Assembly: GCF_003334815.1 (NCBI RefSeq)
Contig: NZ_QOWO01000008.1
DNA from: Escherichia coli
GTDB lineage: Bacteria > Pseudomonadota > Gammaproteobacteria > Enterobacterales > Enterobacteriaceae
Length of the DNA: 64,000 bases
Strand: one strand, 5' to 3'
Shown here: one piece after another, positions 33,025 through 43,975 of the stretch
Layout: every line of letters begins with the position of its first letter
Position numbering within the stretch: position 1 is the first letter of the stretch
Notes under the pieces: generated by a model
The model's input: the letters and a program-made list of their open reading frames with translations, nothing else
Databases searched by the model: none
Told to the model about the DNA's origin: nothing
Program-made: the position numbers and the translations under genes

Positions 33025-35073
33025 TTACTTGACGGGAGCGGGTTGTTCCGCGGGTCTGGCTTTTTCAAGCTTCGCCAGATCGAGTGCGATATTCACCGTC
33101 TCATCCAGATAAGGATCCGGCTCCTGGTAATCTTTCGGTAGATCATCCAGTTTCTTCAACTCCGGTTTACCTTCGCGTTTAAAGCGTTCGTTCAAACGCG
33201 CCAGACGCGTCGCATCATCTTCATTATTCTCTTTCTCACGCACAGCGTAATTCAGAGAAACGATATTGCGCTTGTCCTTCATAGCGTTGAAGCGCGCGAT
33301 ATCCTTCATGATGTTCTGGAACTCAGGATCTTTCGCGATACGCGCATTATGTTCCTTCAGCAGCTCCGGTTCAAAGGCCGTTAAATCTCCTGATTTCACA
33401 TAAGTCGCGGCATCAATGCTATCCCACGGCAGCGCGTTATCTTCGAATTTCTCACCCGTTTCCGTTTCTTCATTACCCGTCGGCATGATGATGTCTGGCG
33501 TTACGCCTTTACGTTGCGTACTGCCGCCGTTAACGCGATAGAATTTCTGGATCGTGTACTGCACAGAACCCAGCGCTGGCCATTCAGGACGTAACATCTG
33601 ATCGTAAATACGGTTCAATGAACGGTATTGCTGAACGGTGCCTTTACCAAACGTCGGTTCACCCACAACCAGCGCACGACCGTAATCCTGCATTGCCGCG
33701 GCAAAGATTTCTGAAGCCGAAGCACTGAAGCGGTCAACCAGCACCACCAGCGGGCCTTTATAGAAAACCTGTCCGTCGGTATCGCTATCTTCACGAACCT
33801 TGCCGTTGTTATCGCGGACCTGAACAATGGGACCCGCAGGAATAAACAGACCGGAGAGCGATACGGCTTCAGTTAACGCCCCACCGCCATTGCTACGCAG
33901 GTCGATGATGACGCTGCTGACATTCTGTTTTTCCAGTTTCTGCAGTTGCACTTTGACATCGTCTGTCAAACCCACATAGAAGCCCGGAATATCCAGCACG
34001 CCGACTTTCTCTTTACCGACGGTCTTCACCGACATTTTAACCGCGCGGTCTTCGAGACGAATACGTTCACGGGTCAACGTTACAGTACGGGTCTTGGTCC
34101 CTTTACCAGCAGGTAAAATTTCCAGACGAACTTTACTGCCCTTCGGCCCTTTAATTAAGGCAACCACATCATCAAGACGCCAGCCAATCACGTCAACCAT
34201 CGGCTTGCCTGTTTGACCAACACCGACAATTTTGTCACCAACGCTGATAGCTTTACTCTTCGCTGCCGGACCACCTGCCACCATCGAATTGATAACGGTG
34301 TAGTCATCATCCATTTGCAGCACTGCGCCAATACCTTCCAGCGACAAACTCATTTCAGTGTTGAACTGTTCGGTATTACGCGGGGAAAGATAGTTGGTAT
34401 GCGGGTCGATTTCACGCGCAAACGCCGTCATTGCCAGCGAGAAAACATCTTCGCTGTTGGTTTGCGCCAGACGACGAATGGCAAATTTGTAGCGGCGAGT
34501 CAGGGTTTCACGAATTTCTTTATCCGTTTTTCCTGTCAGCTTCAGGCTTAACTCGTCGAATTTGACTTTACTGTCCCACAGCGCGTTCAACTCAGCCTCG
34601 TTTTTCGGCCAGGGCGCTTTGCTGCGGTCAAGGTTATAAGTGTCGTTGCCGGTGAAATCCATCGGCTTTTCCAGTACCGACAAAGCGTACTGGTAACGCT
34701 CAAAACGGCGCTTTTGCGCCAGATTGTAGAGATCGTAGAAAACGTCGAGTTTGCCTGAACGCAGTTCATCGCCTAACTCGGTTTTCTTTTTCGCGAACTG
34801 TTCAACATCGCTTGCCAGCAGCACGTTGTGGCTGTAATCGAGCAGATTCAGGTAGCGGTCAAAGATTTTGGCCGAAAATGCCTGATCGAGGTCGAACTGG
34901 CGATAATGAGAACGGGTGAAGCGCGACGTTACGCGCTCACTTACCGTCGCATGCTGCGTCTCTTCCTTTAATACCGGAATTTGATCAGCACGCGTGATAT
35001 CTTCTACAGCGAAGGTCTGGCCTGCTATTGCAAGCAGGCCAGCTAACGCGGTAAGCCTAAAAAACATGTTCAT
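33025..35073 (-). CDS. prc: Tail-specific periplasmic protease (C-terminal processing peptidase)
   Basis: 682 aa from ATG 35073 (MNMFFRLTALAGLLAIAGQTFA signal peptide); PDZ plus S41 peptidase. Confidence 0.92.
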   Translation of the reverse strand: MNMFFRLTALAGLLAIAGQTFAVEDITRADQIPVLKEETQHATVSERVTSRFTRSHYRQFDLDQAFSAKIFDRYLNLLDYSHNVLLASDVEQFAKKKTELGDELRSGKLDVFYDLYNLAQKRRFERYQYALSVLEKPMDFTGNDTYNLDRSKAPWPKNEAELNALWDSKVKFDELSLKLTGKTDKEIRETLTRRYKFAIRRLAQTNSEDVFSLAMTAFAREIDPHTNYLSPRNTEQFNTEMSLSLEGIGAVLQMDDDYTVINSMVAGGPAAKSKAISVGDKIVGVGQTGKPMVDVIGWRLDDVVALIKGPKGSKVRLEILPAGKGTKTRTVTLTRERIRLEDRAVKMSVKTVGKEKVGVLDIPGFYVGLTDDVKVQLQKLEKQNVSSVIIDLRSNGGGALTEAVSLSGLFIPAGPIVQVRDNNGKVREDSDTDGQVFYKGPLVVLVDRFSASASEIFAAAMQDYGRALVVGEPTFGKGTVQQYRSLNRIYDQMLRPEWPALGSVQYTIQKFYRVNGGSTQRKGVTPDIIMPTGNEETETGEKFEDNALPWDSIDAATYVKSGDLTAFEPELLKEHNARIAKDPEFQNIMKDIARFNAMKDKRNIVSLNYAVREKENNEDDATRLARLNERFKREGKPELKKLDDLPKDYQEPDPYLDETVNIALDLAKLEKARPAEQPAPVK

Positions 35074-35092
35074 GCCTGGCCCGGCCTCCGTT

Positions 35093-35791
35093 TCAGAACA
35101 CCAGGTGTTCTGCGCGCACAATCAAAGACATACCCGAATTCAGCTGGACGCGGACGCCGTCTTTGGTGATTTCTAATACGGTGGCATCCATCGCGTTTTG
35201 ACCCGCTTTCACCTTCAGGGCTTGTCCGACAGTCAGAGCTGAAATGTCAGAAACCGGGGTGTGCTGTTCTTCGCGAGGTGCTTTTACTGTTTTTGGCGCT
35301 TTCTCTACCGGCTTTTGCGCACGAGGTTTACGTTCAGCGCCTTCTTTGCGGCGTGGCGTAGTCGGACGTGGCTTGCGTTCGCGGCGCGGTGCGTCTTCTT
35401 TCTCACCAGCAGTTGCGGCAGCTTCGCGTTTTTTCGCTTGCTGTTCAGCACGCTGTGCCTGAACACGCGCTTTCGCTTCTTCAAGCTGCTTGCGAGCATG
35501 CTCTACATGTTGCTCGTCCAGCTCACCGCATGGGTTGCCGTCAAGATCGACACGCGTTGCGCCGGGTTTAACACCGTAAAGATAACGCCAGCTCGAAGTG
35601 TAGAGACGTAAAGCGGATCGCAATTGCGTTTTGCTCAGGTTCATTTCCCCAGCAACACGATCGACCAAATCCTGAAAAATACCGATTTTCAGCGGACGCG
35701 CTTCACCTTCCGCACTGAAACAGTGGGGAAAACGTTCGGCCAGAAACGCGATTACTTCTTTACTGCTATTCAACTTAGGTTGATTTTCCAT
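35093..35791 (-). CDS. proQ: RNA chaperone ProQ
   Basis: 232 aa, FinO-like N-domain, basic linker, C-terminal domain. Confidence 0.94.
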
Positions 35792-35887
35792 GAAATTTCC
35801 TGATTACAACGGACGTAGCCAACAAGCGCAGGCATGAACAGGCGTCATTATAATGACGCTATCAGTAAATGCTACGTTATCCGTTGA

Positions 35888-36385
35888 TTATCCTGCGACG
35901 CTCGCAAAGAATTTTTTGTAATCCGTCGTTGCAAGCACTTTTTCAAGCTGTGCCACAAGCTGACGTAAGCCTTGCTCGTCCTCGTCTGTAAAGCGACCGA
36001 AGACGGTACTATCGATGTCGAGAACACCAATAATCTGATTTTTCACCACCAGCGGCAGAACAATTTCAGAATTACTCGCCGCATCACAGGCAATATGCCC
36101 GTCAAACACATGAACATCCTCGATACGCTGCACTTGATTGCGGGCAACCGCAGTGCCGCACACGCCGCGCCCGACGGGTATCCGGACACAGGCAATTTTG
36201 CCCTGAAATGGTCCGAGTACCAGTGTATCGTCCTCAAGCAAATAAAAACCTGCCCAGTTTATGTCAGTGAGACGCTCATATAACAACGCACTGGTGTTCG
36301 CAAGCGTTGCCAGAAAACTGGTTTCTCCCGCCATCAGCGCGTTAAAGTCGCGATTTAAATCCGCGTAAAATTCTGTTTTGTTCAT
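35888..36385 (-). CDS. msrC: Free methionine-(R)-sulfoxide reductase (GAF domain)
   Basis: 165 aa from ATG 36385 (MNKTEFYADLNRDF...). Confidence 0.85.
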   Translation of the reverse strand: MNKTEFYADLNRDFNALMAGETSFLATLANTSALLYERLTDINWAGFYLLEDDTLVLGPFQGKIACVRIPVGRGVCGTAVARNQVQRIEDVHVFDGHIACDAASNSEIVLPLVVKNQIIGVLDIDSTVFGRFTDEDEQGLRQLVAQLEKVLATTDYKKFFASVAG

Positions 36386-36514
36386 TATATAATCACTTGG
36401 TTGTCTTACCTGGATCTGCCAGCCTATTAAAATAAGCATTAAATGCGTTAATGCTCAAGATCATTCCCATCATGGGTTAAGATTAATGTTAATTCTTATT
36501 ACATTTGGCACGTC

Positions 36515-37798
36515 ATGGCTCTTAACACACCACAAATTACGCCGACAAAAAAGATAACAGTGAGGGCAATCGGCGAGGAACTGCCGCGTGGTGATTACCA
36601 ACGTTGCCCGCAATGTGACATGCTGTTTAGCCTGCCCGAGATAAATTCTCATCAAAGTGCCTATTGTCCGCGCTGTCAGGCAAAAATTCGTGACGGGCGC
36701 GACTGGTCGCTAACGCGCCTGGCGGCAATGGCCTTCACCATGCTGTTGCTTATGCCGTTTGCCTGGGGCGAACCGCTGTTGCATATCTGGCTGTTAGGCA
36801 TTCGTATTGACGCCAACGTTATGCAAGGCATCTGGCAAATGACCAAACAGGGCGATGCGATAACGGGGTCGATGGTCTTTTTCTGCGTTATTGGTGCCCC
36901 GCTCATTCTGGTGACCTCCATAGCTTATTTATGGTTTGGTAACCGACTGGGAATGAATTTACGTCCGGTACTGCTGATGCTTGAGCGACTTAAAGAGTGG
37001 GTAATGCTCGATATCTACCTGGTCGGCATTGGCGTTGCTTCTATAAAGGTACAGGATTATGCCCATATCCAGGCTGGTGTCGGCTTGTTCTCTTTTGTGG
37101 CGTTGGTGATTTTAACGACGGTGACGTTGTCACATCTTAATGTCGAAGAACTGTGGGAGCGATTTTATCCGCAGCGCCCCGCTACGCGTAGGGACGAGAA
37201 ACTTCGTGTCTGTCTTGGGTGCCATTTTACCGGCTATCCAGATCAGCGTGGTCGCTGCCCGCGTTGCCATATCCCGCTACGCCTGCGTCGCCGTCATAGT
37301 CTGCAAAAATGCTGGGCGGCGCTGTTAGCGTCAATCGTTTTATTGTTACCTGCCAACCTGTTGCCTATTTCTATCATTTATCTGAACGGAGGACGGCAGG
37401 AAGATACAATTCTTTCCGGAATTATGTCGCTGGCAAGTAGCAACATTGCGGTTGCAGGAATCGTGTTTATCGCCAGTATTCTGGTACCGTTTACTAAAGT
37501 GATCGTCATGTTCACTTTACTGTTGAGCATTCATTTTAAATGCCAGCAAGGTTTACGCACACGTATTCTGTTACTGCGGATGGTGACCTGGATTGGTCGC
37601 TGGTCGATGCTCGACCTGTTTGTCATATCTTTAACCATGTCGCTGATTAATCGCGATCAGATCCTCGCTTTTACTATGGGACCGGCTGCGTTTTATTTCG
37701 GCGCAGCGGTAATTTTGACTATTCTTGCTGTGGAATGGCTGGACAGCCGCTTACTTTGGGATGCACATGAGTCAGGAAACGCCCGCTTCGACGACTGA
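36515..37798 (+). CDS. yebS: PqiA-like inner membrane protein (lipophilic envelope-spanning tunnel, LetA)
   Basis: 427 aa, duplicated PqiA-type membrane modules with Zn-ribbon-like CxxC pairs. Confidence 0.9.
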
Positions 37799-40400
37799 AG
37801 CGCAGATTAAAAATAAACGCCGTATCTCACCTTTCTGGCTGCTGCCGTTCATCGCGCTAATGATTGCCAGTTGGCTGATTTGGGACAGTTATCAGGACCG
37901 GGGTAATACCGTCACCATCGACTTTATGTCGGCGGATGGTATTGTTCCAGGCCGTACGCCTGTTCGTTATCAGGGCGTTGAAGTCGGAACAGTGCAGGAT
38001 ATCAGCCTCAGCGACGATCTTCGTAAGATTGAAGTCAAGGTCAGCATCAAGTCCGATATGAAAGATGCGCTGCGCGAAGAGACTCAGTTCTGGCTGGTGA
38101 CGCCAAAAGCATCGTTGGCAGGTGTCTCCGGGCTGGACGCCCTCGTCGGTGGGAACTATATCGGCATGATGCCGGGTAAAGGTAAAGAGCAGGATCACTT
38201 TGTCGCACTCGATACCCAACCGAAATATCGGCTGGACAATGGCGATCTGATGATCCACCTGCAAGCCCCCGATCTCGGTTCGCTGAACAGCGGTTCATTG
38301 GTCTATTTCCGCAAGATCCCGGTGGGAAAAGTCTACGACTATGCCATCAATCCCAACAAGCAAGGCGTGGTGATTGATGTCCTGATCGAGCGGCGTTTTA
38401 CCGATCTGGTGAAAAAAGGTAGCCGTTTCTGGAACGTTTCCGGCGTTGATGCCAACGTCAGTATCAGTGGCGCGAAGGTGAAACTGGAAAGCCTGGCGGC
38501 ACTGGTTAACGGTGCGATTGCCTTCGATTCACCAGAAGAGTCGAAACCTGCCGAGGCGGAAGATACCTTTGGTCTGTATGAAGATCTGGCCCACAGCCAG
38601 CGTGGCGTAATAATAAAACTGGAACTGCCGAGTGGGGCCGGATTAACCGCCGACTCGACGCCGTTAATGTATCAGGGGCTGGAAGTCGGACAGCTGACTA
38701 AACTGGATTTAAATCCTGGTGGTAAAGTCACAGGGGAAATGACCGTTGATCCCAGCGTCGTTACCCTGCTTCGTGAAAATACCCGCATCGAATTACGCAA
38801 CCCGAAATTATCCCTTAGCGATGCTAATCTCAGCGCCCTGCTGACCGGCAAAACCTTCGAGCTGGTGCCCGGCGATGGCGAGCCACGCAAAGAGTTCGTT
38901 GTTGTGCCAGGCGAAAAAGCACTGCTGCATGAACCTGATGTTCTGACGCTGACCCTGACCGCGCCGGAAAGTTACGGTATTGATGCGGGTCAGCCGCTCA
39001 TTCTTCACGGCGTGCAGGTAGGCCAGGTTATCGATCGTAAACTCACCAGCAAAGGCGTCACCTTTACCGTCGCCATCGAGCCTCAGCATCGCGAACTGGT
39101 AAAAGGCGATAGCAAATTTGTCGTCAACAGCCGTGTCGATGTGAAGGTGGGGCTGGATGGCGTTGAGTTTCTCGGTGCCAGCGCCTCAGAATGGATCAAT
39201 GGCGGGATACGTATTCTGCCGGGCGATAAAGGTGAGATGAAAGCCAGCTATCCACTGTATGCCAATTTGGAAAAAGCGCTGGAGAACAGCCTTAGCGATT
39301 TACCCACCACAACCGTGAGTTTGAGTGCAGAGACGCTGCCGGATGTGCAGGTAGGATCGGTAGTGCTGTACCGTAAATTTGAAGTTGGTGAAGTGATTAC
39401 CGTGCGTCCGCGAGCTAACGCGTTTGATATCGATCTGCATATTAAGCCGGAGTATCGCAACCTTCTGACCAGCAATAGCGTGTTCTGGGCAGAAGGCGGG
39501 GCGAAAGTTCAGCTGAATGGTAGTGGTCTGACCGTACAGGCATCCCCGCTCTCCAGAGCATTAAAGGGAGCCATTAGCTTCGACAACCTCAGCGGTGCCA
39601 GCGCCAGTCAGCGTAAAGGCGATAAGCGTATTCTGTATGCTTCCGAAACAGCGGCCCGTGCGGTTGGCGGGCAGATTACGCTTCACGCTTTCGATGCCGG
39701 AAAACTGGCGGTCGGGATGCCAATTCGCTATCTCGGTATTGATATCGGGCAAATCCAGACGCTGGATCTGATTACCGCACGCAATGAAGTACAGGCAAAG
39801 GCGGTACTTTACCCGGAATATGTCCAGACCTTTGCTCGCGGTGGTACGCGCTTCTCAGTGGTCACACCGCAAATTTCGGCAGCTGGCGTTGAGCATCTTG
39901 ATACTATCCTCCAGCCGTATATCAACGTCGAACCAGGCCGGGGCAATCCTCGCCGCGACTTTGAATTACAAGAGGCCACCATTACTGATTCGCGTTACCT
40001 GGATGGCTTAAGCATTATTGTTGAAGCGCCGGAAGCCGGTTCGTTAGGCATCGGTACGCCTGTGCTGTTCCGTGGTCTGGAAGTCGGTACGGTTACAGGA
40101 ATGACGCTGGGGACATTGTCAGATCGCGTGATGATTGCGATGCGCATCAGTAAACGCTATCAACACCTGGTGCGTAACAATTCCGTCTTCTGGTTGGCAT
40201 CGGGTTACAGTCTGGACTTTGGTCTGACGGGCGGCGTAGTGAAAACCGGCACCTTTAACCAGTTTATCCGTGGCGGCATCGCCTTCGCCACGCCTCCGGG
40301 TACGCCACTGGCACCGAAAGCCCAGGAAGGCAAACACTTCCTGTTGCAGGAAAGTGAACCGAAAGAGTGGCGTGAATGGGGAACTGCGCTTCCCAAATAA
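37767..40400 (+). CDS. yebT: Multi-MCE-domain periplasm-spanning protein (LetB)
   Basis: 877 aa from ATG 37767; repeated MCE domains; overlaps yebS 3' end by 32 nt. Confidence 0.9.
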
Positions 40401-40479
40401 TGCCCACTGCTCCGGCGTGCCTGCGCCGGAGCGTTTATGCTAAACTGCGCGCCTGTTTTTTTGCCAGTGGTACATGCTC

Positions 40480-41919
40480 GTGGCCCAACACACCGTTTAT
40501 TTCCCGGACGCCTTTCTGACACAAATGCGCGAAGCGATGCCTTCGACGCTCTCATTTGATGATTTTCTTGCCGCCTGTCAGCGCCCGTTGCGCCGCAGCA
40601 TTCGCGTTAATACGCTGAAAATCTCCGTTGCTGATTTCCTGCAATTAACCGCTCCTTATGGCTGGACGCTTACGCCAATTCCGTGGTGTGAAGAAGGTTT
40701 CTGGATTGAACGCGACAATGAAGATGCATTGCCATTGGGTAGTACCGCCGAGCATTTAAGTGGCCTGTTTTATATTCAGGAAGCCAGTTCAATGTTGCCT
40801 GTTGCCGCCTTGTTTGCTGACGGTAATGCACCACAGCGGGTGATGGATGTCGCTGCCGCGCCTGGCTCCAAAACGACGCAAATTTCCGCGCGGATGAATA
40901 ACGAAGGGGCAATCCTTGCCAATGAGTTTTCCGCCAGTCGGGTAAAAGTGTTACATGCCAATATCAGCCGCTGTGGTATCAGTAATGTTGCGCTCACACA
41001 TTTTGATGGCCGCGTGTTTGGTGCGGCAGTGCCAGAAATGTTCGATGCCATTTTGCTGGACGCTCCCTGCTCTGGCGAAGGCGTGGTGCGTAAAGATCCC
41101 GATGCGCTAAAAAACTGGTCACCAGAAAGCAATCAGGAAATCGCAGCTACACAACGGGAGCTTATCGACAGCGCCTTTCATGCATTACGTCCTGGTGGTA
41201 CGCTGGTTTACTCGACCTGTACCTTAAACCAGGAAGAAAACGAAGCCGTTTGCCTGTGGCTGAAAGAGACTTACCCCGACGCAGTAGAGTTTTTACCACT
41301 TGGCGATCTCTTCCCTGGTGCAAACAAAGCGCTGACCGAAGAAGGCTTTTTGCATGTTTTCCCACAAATTTACGACTGCGAAGGCTTCTTCGTTGCTCGT
41401 CTGCGTAAAACTCAGGCGATTCCCGCCTTACCCGCCCCCAAATACAAAGTCGGTAATTTTCCGTTCAGCCCGGTGAAAGATCGCGAAGCTGGACAAATTC
41501 GTCAGGCGGCTACAGGTGTTGGCTTAAACTGGGATGAAAACCTGCGCCTCTGGCAGCGTGACAAAGAACTGTGGTTGTTCCCGGTGGGCATTGAAGCCCT
41601 GATCGGTAAAGTCCGATTTTCTCGGTTGGGGATTAAACTTGCCGAGACGCACAACAAAGGTTATCGCTGGCAGCATGAAGCGGTTATTGCTCTTGCCTCA
41701 CCCGATAATATGAATGCATTCGAGCTGACACCGCAGGAAGCGGAGGAGTGGTATCGCGGGCGCGATGTTTACCCGCAAGCCGCGCCAGTGGCGGATGATG
41801 TATTGGTTACTTTCCAGCATCAACCGATTGGTTTAGCCAAACGGATTGGTTCGCGATTGAAAAACAGCTATCCGCGTGAACTGGTGCGCGATGGGAAACT
41901 TTTTACCGGTAACGCCTGA
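40480..41919 (+). CDS. rsmF: 16S rRNA m5C1407 methyltransferase
   Basis: 479 aa from GTG 40480; NOL1/NOP2/Sun-family SAM methyltransferase motifs. Confidence 0.88.
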
Positions 41920-42036
41920 CAGCGCACAAAAAAAGCGCACTTTTTGACTGGCACATTCGGCTGCCTCAACTAGGCTGAAAAATGGTGCGATCGGACTGGT
42001 CGTACCACAATCGGCAGCTAAATGGAGAGCACGAAG

Positions 42037-42273
42037 ATGAAAACCAGTGTGCGCATAGGCGCTTTTGAAATCGACGACGGCGAATTACACGGTGAATCGC
42101 CAGGTGATCGAACGTTAACCATTCCTTGTAAATCTGACCCCGATTTATGTATGCAACTGGATGCCTGGGATGCTGAAACCAGTATCCCTGCCCTGCTAAA
42201 TGGCGAACACTCTGTCCTTTACCGTACCCGTTACGATCAACAATCTGATGCCTGGATTATGCGTCTTGCCTGA
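42037..42273 (+). CDS. yebV: Small protein of unknown function YebV
   Basis: 78 aa from ATG 42037 (MKTSVRIGAFEIDDGE...). Confidence 0.78.
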   Translation: MKTSVRIGAFEIDDGELHGESPGDRTLTIPCKSDPDLCMQLDAWDAETSIPALLNGEHSVLYRTRYDQQSDAWIMRLA

Positions 42274-42377
42274 TCCAAAAAGAACCCGTCGGCATGGCGG
42301 GTTATTTGTCCTGGTTATTCCCCCGTTGTAAAATCTCTCCTAAACTTAACGGTACGGCACCACACTTCGGGGATGAA

Positions 42378-42569
42378 ATGTTCGCGCTGGTACTTTTTGT
42401 TTGCTACCTGGATGGCGGTTGTGAAGATATTGTTGTGGATGTCTACAACACGGAACAGCAGTGTCTTTATTCTATGAGCGATCAACGGATCCGCCAGGGC
42501 GGTTGTTTTCCGATTGAGGATTTTATAGATGGTTTCTGGCGACCTGCACAGGAGTACGGTGATTTTTAA
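42378..42569 (+). CDS. yebW: Small protein of unknown function YebW
   Basis: 63 aa from ATG 42378 (MFALVLFVCYLDGG...). Confidence 0.7.
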   Translation: MFALVLFVCYLDGGCEDIVVDVYNTEQQCLYSMSDQRIRQGGCFPIEDFIDGFWRPAQEYGDF

Positions 42570-43226
42570 TTATTGCAATTGCACAAGAGTCAGTTCGCCC
42601 CCAAAGACAGCACCGGTATCAATATAATGCAGGTTGCCAATATCCACGCGATGTCGCAACGGTGTATGACCAAACCAGAAATGATCAGCACCTGTAATTC
42701 CCTGCCCTTTTTGGCGTTCACCTAATCGCGAGCGGCTCCACAAGACCTGATGCAAATCAACGTCCTTTTGCCATTCATAAACATCATCTGGATAATCGGC
42801 ATGAGCAATAACATGCTTGCCGGTGCGACTGTGTACTTCAAGAATAAAGGGCAAATGCTGACATTTTTCCAGCGCCGTTTTCGCTTGTTTCTGTTGATTA
42901 TCTGCCAGCGCAATAAACCAGTCGCCGCCATTCATCAACCACAAAGACATCTGCTGGGATGCCAGCGCATCCATCGCCATCTGTTCATGATTGCCTCTTA
43001 CCGCACAAACCCAATGTTGTTCCAGTAACTGCAGACAACGTAAACTTTGCGGCCCACGATCGATAACGTCTCCCACTGAGATAAGTAAATCTCGCCACGG
43101 ATCAAAACGACAATGCCATAATTTGCGGCGCAACTGCTCAAGACAACCGTGTATATCGCCAGAAAGCCAGATATGTCGCCATTGATGACCCGCAATTCTC
43201 TGATAAACGGGCGCAGGCTGTTTCAT
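42570..43226 (-). CDS. pphA: Ser/Thr protein phosphatase 1 (PPP family)
   Basis: 218 aa from ATG (MKQPAPVYQ...); metallophosphoesterase motifs GDIHG, GDVIDRG, GNHE. Confidence 0.9.
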   Translation of the reverse strand: MKQPAPVYQRIAGHQWRHIWLSGDIHGCLEQLRRKLWHCRFDPWRDLLISVGDVIDRGPQSLRCLQLLEQHWVCAVRGNHEQMAMDALASQQMSLWLMNGGDWFIALADNQQKQAKTALEKCQHLPFILEVHSRTGKHVIAHADYPDDVYEWQKDVDLHQVLWSRSRLGERQKGQGITGADHFWFGHTPLRHRVDIGNLHYIDTGAVFGGELTLVQLQ

Positions 43227-43299
43227 CAATATTTTCCTCCCGCGCTAAAGATCACATAATCTTAACAAGAATGTTAAAAAACGCTGGACTCAGACAGTA

Positions 43300-43592
43300 G
43301 AGTGTGTGTTATGGTTGACTATAAAGTCAGCGAAGGAAATGCTTCTGGCTTTTAACAGATAAAAAGAGACCGAACACGATTCCTGTATTCGGTCCAGGGA
43401 AATGGCTCTTGGGAGAGAGCCGTGCGCTAAAAGTTGGCATTAATGCAGGCTTAGTTGCCTTGCCCTTTAAGAATAGATGACGACGCCAGGTTTTCCAGTT
43501 TGCGTGCAAAATGGTCAATAAAAAGCGTGGTGGTCATCAGCTGAAATGTTAAAAACCGCCCGTTCTGGTGAAAGAACTGAGGCGGTTTTTTT
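43300..43592 (+). ncRNA. ryeA: RyeA/SraC small RNA, antisense to SdsR (approximate 5' end)
   Basis: Known sRNA in the pphA-yebY spacer; 3' end set by the intrinsic terminator at 43553-43596. Confidence 0.4.
43357..43460 (-). ncRNA. sdsR: SdsR (RyeB) sigma-S-dependent small RNA
   Basis: Minus strand reads GCAAGGCAACUAAGCCUGCAUUAAUGCCAACUUUUAGCGCACGGCUCUCUCCCAAGAGCC...GACCGAAUACAGGAAUCGUGUUCGGUCUCUUUUU, matching recalled SdsR with its terminator hairpin; sigma-S-like -10 (TATTCT) just upstream. Confidence 0.65.
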
Positions 43593-43596
43593 ATTG
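43553..43596. terminator. Bidirectional intrinsic terminator (RyeA 3' end, also yebY)
   Basis: AAACCGCC...GGCGGTTT hairpin flanked by A5 and T8. Confidence 0.65.
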
Positions 43597-43621
43597 GAAA
43601 TCAAAAGGCTATTTTAGGTAA

Positions 43622-43963
43622 TTAACAGAGTTTTTCAGCTCGTTCTATAAACGGTGCCAGACTCATTTTTTCGCCGGGATTGTTAGGATCATCAATCTGA
43701 ATCACCGAAATGGGTTGGGCATTGGTCTTCCCACTGGCAACTTCCTTTTGTGCGATATCGTTTAAAGGATACTGCACGAGGGTACTCGGATTAATAACAT
43801 ACAAAGCATTACCCGGTCGGCAAGTCAGCATCACCTCTTCGCGATTAAACGCCCATTTGTCTTTACCCACTTCAAAACGACTGACGGTAATCACCTGCGG
43901 TGCAGCCAGCGCCGCTGCAGAACTGGTGAGTAACAGAAACGCCAGAATACTTTTTTTCATCAT
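43622..43963 (-). CDS. yebY: DUF2511 periplasmic protein
   Basis: 113 aa with signal peptide; last gene of yobA-yebZ-yebY. Confidence 0.88.
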   Translation of the reverse strand: MMKKSILAFLLLTSSAAALAAPQVITVSRFEVGKDKWAFNREEVMLTCRPGNALYVINPSTLVQYPLNDIAQKEVASGKTNAQPISVIQIDDPNNPGEKMSLAPFIERAEKLC

Positions 43964-43975
43964 TTTCGTAATCCA

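Noticed and set aside
41920-41960. Possible terminator after rsmF (GCGCACAAAAAAAGCGCAC)
   Set aside because: The two GCGCAC copies are direct, not inverted, so no stable hairpin forms.
43196-43230. Apparent single-base discrepancy between the displayed sequence (attctcctgataaac) and the reading frame implied by the ORF-track pphA translation (…YQRIAGHQW…)
   Set aside because: The ORF track gives an intact 219 aa PphA, and flanking ORFs on both sides are in register with the displayed coordinates. Treated as a local display or reading offset, not a pphA frameshift. Nucleotide-level coordinates near here may be off by 1.
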